Below, piece by piece: positions 38,066 through 46,687 of a stretch of DNA of 64,000 nt (positions within the stretch are counted from its first letter, which is position 1; each line of letters starts with the position of its first letter). Below the pieces are notes generated by a model. It did no database searches. It had not been told where the DNA came from and saw only the letters and a program-made list of their open reading frames with translations. Source of the DNA: an uncultured Bacteroidota bacterium (GTDB lineage Bacteria; Bacteroidota; Bacteroidia; NS11-12g; UBA9320); NCBI GenBank assembly GCA_913050005.1, contig CAJXBI010000004.1, forward strand, positions 3,116-67,115, given 5' to 3'. The translations under genes were made by a program, and so were the position numbers.

Positions 38066-40258
38066 TTAATTTGCAACATCACTCATGAATTGAATCTGAA
38101 ATATTTTCATTTCTTCATGAGTAAATTCTCCGTCAAACTCATTTACAGCAGCATCTATATTGCCTATATCGTCAGATTTAAAGTATTCATAAATTTCATC
38201 TCTACCCTCTTTGTCTATAATTTCATCGATGTAATATAGCAGGTCTACTTGAGTTCCAGAAAATACGATAGCTTCCAATTCCTCAATAAGTTCTTGGTAA
38301 TCCAAGCCTTGTCCTTTAGCAATATCCTCAATGGATACTTTTTTATCAATATTTTGAATGATATGTATTTTACGAGCACTTTTATTCACTAAAGATTTAA
38401 GAACTAAATCATCCGGTCTTTCAATATTATTTTCATTAACATAATTTGATATTAACTCAATAAATTGTGTACCAAATTTTTTAGCTTTATTCTTGCCCAC
38501 GCCTGTAATGTTTTCCATTTCATTTATGGTCGTAGGGAATTTAAAGGCCATATCTTCTAAGGATGTTTGCTGAAAAATAACATAAGGTGGGAGGCCCATG
38601 TCTTTGGCAACTTTCTTTTGAAGCTCCTTGAGTTTAGCATAAAGATCTTTGTCATAAACAGACTCTATCTGAATAGATTCAAAGTCGGCATCACTTATGG
38701 CGTCGTATTCCTTATCAAGAGCAATCTGAACTGTAGTAGGATTTTTTAAATAACGTTCACCTTCCTTACTGATTGAGAAAAGTCCGTATAGCTCAATATT
38801 TTTATGAATCAAATTGTTAATTTGTGCATACCTAATCAAGGTTTTCCAGTAGTTTTCATTTTTTTCTTTTCCAGAACCAAATAAATGGTTAAGGTTATGT
38901 TTGTATGCTTTTACTTCGGGCGACGCTTTTCCCATAAAAATATTGATAATATGTTTTAACCCAACTTTACCGTCTGTGAATTGAATTATTTTTAATACAT
39001 TAATAAGTGAATCTGTTGCTTCTTCAGTTTCCCGAGGGTTCCGACAATTGTCACACATTTTATCACAATTATCTGCATCAAAACTTTCACCAAAATAATG
39101 AAGTAATGATTTTCTTCTACATTGTGATGATTCTGCAAAAAAAGCCATTTCTGAGATGAGTTGTGTACTAATCTCACGTTCAGCTACGGGCTTATCTTTT
39201 AGAAACTTTTCTAATTTTTCGGTATCTTTTGGATTAAAAAAAAGCACACAATCTCCATCCATTCCATCTCTTCCCGCTCGGCCGGTTTCTTGGTAGTAAC
39301 CCTCCAAAGATTTAGGTACATCATAGTGGATAACAAAACGAACATCAGGTTTATCAATACCCATACCAAAAGCTATGGTAGCACATACCACATCGGCATC
39401 TTCCATTAAAAACTTGTCTTGATTACCAGCTCTGGTTTTGGAATCAAGTCCAGCATGATATGGAAGTGCATTTATTCCATTTGCTACAAGAGTTTCAGAA
39501 ACTTCTTCTGTTTTTTTTCTGCTTAAACAATATACAATACCACTTTTCCCCTTTCTCTTATTGATGAATGAAATTAAATCTTTCATAGTTTGAGCTTTAC
39601 TTCCTTTTGGAAGAACCTCATAATAAAGATTGGATCGATTAAAAGAGGATTTAAAAACTTGAGCATCAAGCATATTCAATGTTTTTTGAATATCCAGTTG
39701 AACCTTTGGTGTAGCAGTAGCAGTGAGAGCTACCATAGGAACGTCATCAATTTCTTTGACAATTTGTTTAATTTTTCGATATTCAGGTCTAAAATCGTGT
39801 CCCCATTCTGAAATACAATGAGCTTCGTCAACAGCTACAAAACTTACTTTCACTGACCTAAGGAAGTCAATTGTTTCGTCTTTTTTAAGTGTTTCAGGTG
39901 CAACGTAAAGCATTTTTGTACGTCCTTCAGCTACATCTTGTTTTACTTTTTCAGATTGTGTTTTTGTAAGCGAAGAGTTTAGAAAATGGGCAATAGAATC
40001 ACTTTCTCCAAATCCTCTAATAGCATCAACTTGATTTTTCATTAGAGCTATAAGAGGAGAGATAATAACCGCAGTTCCATTGCTAATTAGAGCAGGTAAT
40101 TGGTAACAAAGAGATTTTCCAGCTCCAGTTGGCATAATTACAAAACAGTCTTGTCCCCCTAATATGGTCGATATTACTTGCTCTTGCATTCCTTTGAAAG
40201 AGTCAAATCCAAAAAACTCTTTGAGGCTAGCTTTTAAATCTACAACTTCTGTAGTCAT
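38066..40258 (-). CDS. recQ: ATP-dependent DNA helicase RecQ
   Basis: 730 aa. 'MPTGAGKSLCYQLPA', 'DEAHCISEWGHDFRPEY', 'ATIAFGMGIDKPDVR', 'QETGRAGRDG'. Zn-binding Cys cluster. C-terminal HRDC-like region. Confidence 0.95.
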   Translation of the reverse strand: MTTEVVDLKASLKEFFGFDSFKGMQEQVISTILGGQDCFVIMPTGAGKSLCYQLPALISNGTAVIISPLIALMKNQVDAIRGFGESDSIAHFLNSSLTKTQSEKVKQDVAEGRTKMLYVAPETLKKDETIDFLRSVKVSFVAVDEAHCISEWGHDFRPEYRKIKQIVKEIDDVPMVALTATATPKVQLDIQKTLNMLDAQVFKSSFNRSNLYYEVLPKGSKAQTMKDLISFINKRKGKSGIVYCLSRKKTEEVSETLVANGINALPYHAGLDSKTRAGNQDKFLMEDADVVCATIAFGMGIDKPDVRFVIHYDVPKSLEGYYQETGRAGRDGMDGDCVLFFNPKDTEKLEKFLKDKPVAEREISTQLISEMAFFAESSQCRRKSLLHYFGESFDADNCDKMCDNCRNPRETEEATDSLINVLKIIQFTDGKVGLKHIINIFMGKASPEVKAYKHNLNHLFGSGKEKNENYWKTLIRYAQINNLIHKNIELYGLFSISKEGERYLKNPTTVQIALDKEYDAISDADFESIQIESVYDKDLYAKLKELQKKVAKDMGLPPYVIFQQTSLEDMAFKFPTTINEMENITGVGKNKAKKFGTQFIELISNYVNENNIERPDDLVLKSLVNKSARKIHIIQNIDKKVSIEDIAKGQGLDYQELIEELEAIVFSGTQVDLLYYIDEIIDKEGRDEIYEYFKSDDIGNIDAAVNEFDGEFTHEEMKIFQIQFMSDVAN

Positions 40259-40354
40259 TAATTTTCTTTTTGAGGATATATAACGAATTTAATCACTAAT
40301 ATAATACTCTTTGTATCACTTGCAGAAATAATTTTTTAATTTGCATCAAATTAT

Positions 40355-41341
40355 ATGGCAGAATCAAAAGATATTCTTCAAATAGGAATAGAAACCATAA
40401 TGCTTGAAAGTAAAAGTCTCAATAAATTGAGCACTTTACTTGATGTTAATTTTTCAAATGTTGTTAACGAAATTATATCCTCCAAAGGTAGAGTAGTGGT
40501 AACAGGCATTGGTAAAAGTGCAATAATTGGTCAAAAAATAGTGGCTACGTTCAACAGTACAGGCACACCTGCTCTTTTCATGCATGCAGCCGATGCAATA
40601 CACGGCGATCTTGGCATGATTCAAGAACAAGACATTGTAATAGGAATATCTAAAAGTGGTAATAGTCCAGAAATAATTGCATTAGCTCCATTGATAGCAA
40701 ATGGGGGCAATAAATTGGTTGGAATGACTGGAAATTTGGATTCATTTTTAGCAAAAAATTCTGATTTTGTTCTAGACACAACAGTAGAAGCAGAAGCTTG
40801 TCCCAACAATCTTGCACCTACCACCAGTACTATTACCCAAATGGCTATGGGTGACGCTTTAGCAGTAGCCTTGATTAAGTGTAGAAATTTTAAGTCTGAA
40901 GATTTCGCTAAATATCATCCAGGAGGAGCTTTAGGGAAAAAATTGTATTTGACTTTGGGGGAAATTGCCAATAATAATCCACTTCCTGTCGTTGACATAG
41001 ATGATGATTTGCCTATGTGTATTTTGGCAATGACCGAGGGAAGGATGGGTGCTGTTATAGTGTTAGATTGTTTCAAAATAGCGGGAATTATAACGGATGG
41101 AGATTTAAGAAGGATGCTAAATAGAGGCTCCGATATGGCACCTAGTATGTTTGACGGAAAACATTTTAAGGCTAAGGAAATAATGACCCCAAAACCTAAA
41201 ACAATGCTTACAGGTGATTTAGCCATTAAAGGTGTGAGTTTTCTCGCAGAAAATAAGATTAACCACATTTTACTTTCAGATGGCAATAAGCCTATTGGGA
41301 TGGTCCATATACAAGATTTGATTAGAGAAGGAGTTTTATGA
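40355..41341 (+). CDS. kdsD: KpsF/GutQ-family arabinose-5-phosphate isomerase (SIS + 2x CBS)
   Basis: 328 aa. 'VVVTGIGKSAIIGQKI', 'HPGGALGKKL', then CBS pair. Confidence 0.88.
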   Translation: MAESKDILQIGIETIMLESKSLNKLSTLLDVNFSNVVNEIISSKGRVVVTGIGKSAIIGQKIVATFNSTGTPALFMHAADAIHGDLGMIQEQDIVIGISKSGNSPEIIALAPLIANGGNKLVGMTGNLDSFLAKNSDFVLDTTVEAEACPNNLAPTTSTITQMAMGDALAVALIKCRNFKSEDFAKYHPGGALGKKLYLTLGEIANNNPLPVVDIDDDLPMCILAMTEGRMGAVIVLDCFKIAGIITDGDLRRMLNRGSDMAPSMFDGKHFKAKEIMTPKPKTMLTGDLAIKGVSFLAENKINHILLSDGNKPIGMVHIQDLIREGVL

Positions 41342-42423
41342 AAAAATTAGAAGACACTTATGCTGTTATATTAGCTGGAGGAATTGGAAGTCGTTTTTGG
41401 CCAGTAAGCAGGGAGACAAGACCCAAGCAATTTGTAGATATTTTAGGTACAGGCAGAACATTAATTCAGGATGCGTATAATCGATTTATAAACCTCGTTC
41501 CTCAAGAGAATATTTTCATAATTACAAATCAAAGATACGTTTCTTTGGTTAAAGAGCAATTGCCGTTAGTTACTGAAAATCAAATACTTGGAGAGCCTTC
41601 TGGCAAAAACACAGCTGCTTGTGCAGCTTACGCAGCAAATAAAATTTTTGAGTTTTCAGAAAATGGTGTTCTAATCATTGCCCCGAGTGATCATTTGATT
41701 CAAGATACGGAAGAGTTTAATAGGCAAATTCAGAAAGCATACAGCTATGCTAAAGAAAATGATGCACTTGTAACTTTAGGTATAAAACCCCACAGACCAG
41801 ATACAGGGTATGGCTATATCCAATATGAGTCTGATGAGATATCAGAAGGGATAAATAAGGTAAAAACATTTACAGAAAAACCACCATTAGAATTAGCTGA
41901 GAAGTTTTTAGAAAGCGGTGATTTTTTATGGAATAGTGGGATGTTTGTTTGGAGCGTTTCGTCTATTCTGAAAGCATTAAATGAGCACCTTCCAGAACTG
42001 AATTTAAGTTTTTCAGAAGCAAAAGGTGTTTATAATACAACCCTTGAAAAACAACACATTGACCGTATTTATACGAACATCGCAAGTATTTCTGTAGATA
42101 ATGGAATATTAGAAAAAGCAGAGAACGTTTATGTGCTTCCTTCGGTATTTGGTTGGAGTGATTTAGGAACCTGGAAAAGTGTTCATGAAAACCTTCATGA
42201 TGACGAATTAAATACAACACTAAACGTACAACTTCACGCAGTAGATGCATCAAATAATCTCGTTGTATCTGAAAAAGAAAAGTTAGTTGTAATTAAAGGT
42301 TTAGATGGGTATTTCATTGTAGATACAGACGATGCCTTATTAATATGTAAAAAAGATCAAGAACAAGAAGTAAAAAAGCTAGTAGGAGATATCCGTAAGC
42401 GATATAACGGTAAGTATAATTGA
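41338..42423 (+). CDS. manC: Mannose-1-phosphate guanylyltransferase
   Basis: 361 aa. 'ILAGGIGSRFWPVSRETRPKQF', 'TGYGYIQ', 'FLWNSGMFVW'. Its start overlaps the kdsD stop (ATGA). Confidence 0.85.
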   Translation: MKKLEDTYAVILAGGIGSRFWPVSRETRPKQFVDILGTGRTLIQDAYNRFINLVPQENIFIITNQRYVSLVKEQLPLVTENQILGEPSGKNTAACAAYAANKIFEFSENGVLIIAPSDHLIQDTEEFNRQIQKAYSYAKENDALVTLGIKPHRPDTGYGYIQYESDEISEGINKVKTFTEKPPLELAEKFLESGDFLWNSGMFVWSVSSILKALNEHLPELNLSFSEAKGVYNTTLEKQHIDRIYTNIASISVDNGILEKAENVYVLPSVFGWSDLGTWKSVHENLHDDELNTTLNVQLHAVDASNNLVVSEKEKLVVIKGLDGYFIVDTDDALLICKKDQEQEVKKLVGDIRKRYNGKYN

Positions 42424-43571
42424 TGCTTAATTTTTTATTATCCTTTCTATTTTTTACAACACCACTTTCTGAAGGCATTGACTCAGCCCAAAACAAAATA
42501 ATTAATGCTCAATCCTTAAAAGGCTTTTTTAAGGATTTATCTGATCTTAGCTCAGCGAAGCATAAAAAGGTAGTTTCAATTGTCCATATAGGAGACTCAC
42601 ATATTCAGGCAAATTACTTGACAGGAATGGTCCGAAATCTATTCCAAGTTGATTTTGGAAATGCTGGAAGAGGATTAGTTTTTCCATATAGATTAGCCAA
42701 CAGTTATGGTCCAAACGATGTGAAATTTAATTATGAGGGTAAGTGGGATTATTGTTCGATAAAGAAAGATTTTGAGTCAAATAAAATTGGTATGGTTGGT
42801 TATTCTGCTATTCCGCACTCAAATGCTGAATTATCGATAAAAGTATCTGAAAAAGGAAGTTTAACGTTTAATAAAGTTACTATTTTGGATGAGTTTGGAA
42901 CTTTATTGCCTATATCTGATTCTAATGCGATCTCATGGGATCGTATAAATAATCAAACATTCATTGCGTCAGAAAATTTAATAAGTGAAATTAAATTTAA
43001 GTCTACTCATTCTCCCCAAATTAAACCCAATATACAAGGTGTTATCTTAACTAATGATTCAAGCGGTATACTTTATCATTCTATGGGGGTGAATGGTGCA
43101 ACGGTATCTCAGTATTTAAGAAGTTCAAATTTTCAGAATCAAATGGTTGATTTAGATGCCAAATTAACCATAATAAGTTTTGGGACAAACGATTGTTACA
43201 CCTATTCAAGTAAATTCTGTTTATCATGTGTGAAGGAGGATTATCAGAAAATGATTCAACGAATCAGAAGACAAGATCCGAATATGGCAATTTTGTTAAC
43301 TACACCGTCAGATCATTTTTTTAGACGAAGGTATTCCAATAAAAATTTAGTGAAACTTCGAAGTGTTTTATATGAAATAGTGGACGATGAGAATGTTGCC
43401 TTATGGGATTTGTATCAAATCATGGGTGGAAAAAATTCTATTTTAGATTGGCAAAAGGCCTCTTTAGCAAGAAGAGATTTAATTCATTTCACAAAAGAAG
43501 GGTATGAAAAACAAGGTGATTTGCTATACAAAGCTTTAATGTATCATTACGAAAGTGACTTTTTTGAGTGA
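42423..43571 (+). CDS. Secreted SGNH/GDSL-family hydrolase or acyltransferase with large insertion
   Basis: Block I 'HIGDSH' (res 56-61), 'MGVNGA' (222-227), block III 'FGTNDC' (254-259), block V 'DLIHFT'. ATG 42423 overlaps the manC stop (TGATG); the track start is TTG 42420. Confidence 0.7.
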   Translation: MLNFLLSFLFFTTPLSEGIDSAQNKIINAQSLKGFFKDLSDLSSAKHKKVVSIVHIGDSHIQANYLTGMVRNLFQVDFGNAGRGLVFPYRLANSYGPNDVKFNYEGKWDYCSIKKDFESNKIGMVGYSAIPHSNAELSIKVSEKGSLTFNKVTILDEFGTLLPISDSNAISWDRINNQTFIASENLISEIKFKSTHSPQIKPNIQGVILTNDSSGILYHSMGVNGATVSQYLRSSNFQNQMVDLDAKLTIISFGTNDCYTYSSKFCLSCVKEDYQKMIQRIRRQDPNMAILLTTPSDHFFRRRYSNKNLVKLRSVLYEIVDDENVALWDLYQIMGGKNSILDWQKASLARRDLIHFTKEGYEKQGDLLYKALMYHYESDFFE

Positions 43572-45073
43572 TTAGCTTCGACAATATATTTAGTTTTTCC
43601 TTAGACAAGCCATTACTGTTTGGTCAGTATCTTTTTCTGATACTGTTCACAATAATGTTTGGGTTTTATACTCTACTTCATAAGCACAATAGGGTAAGAA
43701 ATACTTATCTGCTAGCATTTAGTCTTTTTTTCTACTACAAATGCAGTGGTTTTTATTTCATATTACTTTTAATAAGTACCCTACTTGACTACATTTTTGG
43801 GTTTAAAATTTTTAATAGCAATGGTTGGCGAAGAAGGTTTTTTTTGGTCTTAAGTATAGTTACAAATCTGGGATTACTTTTTTATTTTAAGTACTCATAT
43901 TTCATAATTGACACTATAAATTATCTAATAGGTTCGGAAATTAAGGCTTTGAATATTATGGCGTTATTTTCAAATGAATTTTTCCATACCGAACTTAACT
44001 TTTCAGAAATCATTTTACCTGTAGGTATTTCTTTCTATACCTTTCAGACACTAAGTTATAGTATTGATATTTTTAGAGGTAAAATAGAGCCATGTAAAAG
44101 CCTTTTAGACTTTGCATTTTTTGTTTCATTTTTTCCTCAATTGGTTGCAGGCCCTATTGTAAGAGCGATAGATTTTCTTCCCCAAATCAACAAACCCTAT
44201 TATCTAAGTCGTGTGGGATTTGGTAATGCAGTTTTCTTAATTGCAACGGGGTTAGTTAAGAAAGTTGTAATTAGCGATTATATCAGCGTAAACTTTGTTG
44301 ATCGCGTATTTGATAACCCTGAAATATACAGTGGGTTTATGAATTTAATGGCTGTTTATGGTTATTCAATTCAGATTTACTGTGATTTTTCAGGGTACTC
44401 AGATATGGCCATAGGTATTGCTGCACTTTTAGGGTATAAACTCCCTATTAATTTCAATAGCCCATACAAATCAAAAAGTATTACAGAATTTTGGCGAAGA
44501 TGGCACATCTCACTTTCCACATGGCTTCGAGACTATTTATACATTTCAGTTGGGGGTAGTCGAAAAGGGAAAATTAGGACCTACGTTAATCTACTAATAA
44601 CAATGCTTTTAGGTGGTTTGTGGCATGGTGCAGCTTTAAAGTTTATTATATGGGGAGGTATCCATGGTTTGGGACTTGCTTTACATAAGTTTTGGTCAAG
44701 TCTGATTTCAATTAAGAAAAACATGATTTGGAGTTTATTTTCAATTTTATTTACTTTTCATTTTGTTGCGTTTTGTTGGATGTATTTTCGAGCTATTGAT
44801 ATAAAAATCGTTGAGACCATGACTTATCAAATATTTTTTGATTTTGAAGTTTCTGAATTATCAAGTCGTGTTCAAGGGTATTGGAAGCCATTTTCATTTA
44901 TATTATTTGGATTTTTTATTCATTTAGTACCTTCCAAATTCAAACAAAACTTAAAAAATATATTCTCAAGTACACCGATTTATATCCAAGTAGTGATTAT
45001 TAGTATTTTAATTTTTTTGATATACCAGGCAAAGTCAGCAGAAATCCAGCCTTTTATTTATTTTCAGTTTTAG
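43568..45073 (+). CDS. MBOAT-family O-acyltransferase (AlgI/DltB/PatA-like)
   Basis: 501-aa polytopic protein. 'FWRRWHISLSTWLRDYLY' and 'GLWHGA' (conserved His). The GTG start overlaps the upstream stop (GTGA). Confidence 0.88.
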   Translation: MISFDNIFSFSLDKPLLFGQYLFLILFTIMFGFYTLLHKHNRVRNTYLLAFSLFFYYKCSGFYFILLLISTLLDYIFGFKIFNSNGWRRRFFLVLSIVTNLGLLFYFKYSYFIIDTINYLIGSEIKALNIMALFSNEFFHTELNFSEIILPVGISFYTFQTLSYSIDIFRGKIEPCKSLLDFAFFVSFFPQLVAGPIVRAIDFLPQINKPYYLSRVGFGNAVFLIATGLVKKVVISDYISVNFVDRVFDNPEIYSGFMNLMAVYGYSIQIYCDFSGYSDMAIGIAALLGYKLPINFNSPYKSKSITEFWRRWHISLSTWLRDYLYISVGGSRKGKIRTYVNLLITMLLGGLWHGAALKFIIWGGIHGLGLALHKFWSSLISIKKNMIWSLFSILFTFHFVAFCWMYFRAIDIKIVETMTYQIFFDFEVSELSSRVQGYWKPFSFILFGFFIHLVPSKFKQNLKNIFSSTPIYIQVVIISILIFLIYQAKSAEIQPFIYFQF

Positions 45074-45122
45074 TGTCAAAGAATTAATCTTGCAGATTGA
45101 ATTTTGTTAGATTTGTTATAAA

Positions 45123-45596
45123 ATGGGTTTGACTAAATCATATTCAATAATTGGGTTTATAATAACATTGTTATTGTCATTTATTATAGCTAGTAATATT
45201 GAATCTTATAGGCATCCAGAGAGTGTTAATTTCTTACGAGAAAGCCTATTGGAGTCGTTAGAAATTCAAAAAGAAAATTCAAATAATCCAATATTAGAAG
45301 ATACGTTTAATAAATTCATTATTGATCTTGAAAACAATCTAGTAGAGAATAAATACAAAAAGCTAAGTTTGATTCGAATAATAGGATGTATTGTAGCACT
45401 TTTCGGAGGTATTTTTTTGAGACAAAAGAAAAAATTAGGGCTTCATTTGTTTTTAGGGGGAAACCTGTTTGTTCTAATGGCAAGCTTTTATTTTTCGGGT
45501 TTTGGTTTGTCAGGGTGGGTTATAAATTTTAGCTATTTGATTTTTGCTATCTTAAGTATGATTTATTTTATTAGAAAAAGAGCATATTTAATTTAA
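45123..45596 (+). CDS. Hypothetical membrane protein (about 4 TM)
   Basis: 157 aa. Hydrophobic segments at the N-terminus and in the C-terminal half. The stop overlaps the next start by 1 nt (TAATG). Confidence 0.5.
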   Translation: MGLTKSYSIIGFIITLLLSFIIASNIESYRHPESVNFLRESLLESLEIQKENSNNPILEDTFNKFIIDLENNLVENKYKKLSLIRIIGCIVALFGGIFLRQKKKLGLHLFLGGNLFVLMASFYFSGFGLSGWVINFSYLIFAILSMIYFIRKRAYLI

Positions 45597-46621
45597 TGTC
45601 TAAGAAAGCAATTATAATAGATTGGCTTTTTTTTTTAAAAACTACGACTCCATCTCGTTTTTTCAATGCACTTAAGATATTTGTGAGCTATCATTTAAGT
45701 AAGCGATTAAAAAAGAATTTTCATAAAGGCTTTCCAATAGCTATATCTATTGAGCCTACAACGAGCTGTAACTTGAAGTGTCCTGAGTGCCCCAGTGGTC
45801 TCCGATCTTTTAGCAGACCTATTGGAATGTTAGCTCCAGAATTAAATCAGTCAATCATTGATCAGTTGAGTGATAAGTTGACCTATATTACCTATTATTT
45901 TCAAGGAGAACCTTACTTAAACAAAGATTTTCTATCAATGGTTAGTTATGCTTCCAGTCGAAATATTTACACTACAACATCAAGCAATGCCCATTATTTG
46001 GATGATAACAATTCCCAAAAGACTATTGAGAGTGGATTGAATCGTTTAATCATTTCTATTGATGGAGCGAACCAAGGCAGTTACGAAAAATATCGTATTG
46101 GTGGAAATCTAAGTAAAGTAATTGAGGGAACTAAAAATATCGTTCAGTGGAAGAAAAAACTAAAGTCAAAAAAACCATTTATAATTTGGCAATTCATTGT
46201 TTTTGGTCACAATGAGCACGAATTAGATGATATTAATAATTTGGCTAAAGAAATAGGTGTTGATCACCTGTCTATTAAAACAGCACAAATATATAATTTT
46301 GAGTCTGGTAGTGATCTTCTACCAAAAAATCCCAGGTATTCAAGATACATCAATAATGGATTATCTTATAAAATTAAGAATGGCTTACTGAGTCATTGTT
46401 GGAGAATGTGGAACGCGTGTGTAGTTACATGGGATGGGAAGATAGTCCCCTGTTGTTTTGATAAAGATGGAACATATCAATTAGGTAGTTTAAACAATCA
46501 ATCATTCAAATCAATTTGGAAAGGAGAGCAATATAATCGATTCAGAAGATTAATTTTAAGAAGTAGGAGTAATATTAATATTTGCCAAAATTGTTCTGAA
46601 GGCATGAAAATCAACGTCTGA
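45596..46621 (+). CDS. Radical SAM enzyme with C-terminal SPASM/twitch-like Cys cluster
   Basis: 341 aa. 'SCNLKCPEC' (CxxxCxxC). C-terminal Cys-rich 'HCWRMWNACVVTWDGKIVPCCFD...CQNC'. Confidence 0.85.
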   Translation: MSKKAIIIDWLFFLKTTTPSRFFNALKIFVSYHLSKRLKKNFHKGFPIAISIEPTTSCNLKCPECPSGLRSFSRPIGMLAPELNQSIIDQLSDKLTYITYYFQGEPYLNKDFLSMVSYASSRNIYTTTSSNAHYLDDNNSQKTIESGLNRLIISIDGANQGSYEKYRIGGNLSKVIEGTKNIVQWKKKLKSKKPFIIWQFIVFGHNEHELDDINNLAKEIGVDHLSIKTAQIYNFESGSDLLPKNPRYSRYINNGLSYKIKNGLLSHCWRMWNACVVTWDGKIVPCCFDKDGTYQLGSLNNQSFKSIWKGEQYNRFRRLILRSRSNINICQNCSEGMKINV

Positions 46622-46687
46622 TTATGTAAAATTATTTTTGAAGTTTAGTCATATTAATGTAATATTGCTTACTCAAATTTTATAATT

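Noticed and set aside
37858-38066. Genomic island or integration site at tRNA-Gln
   Set aside because: The tRNA is flanked directly by prs and recQ, both core genes. There is no integrase, att-like repeat or foreign-looking gene.
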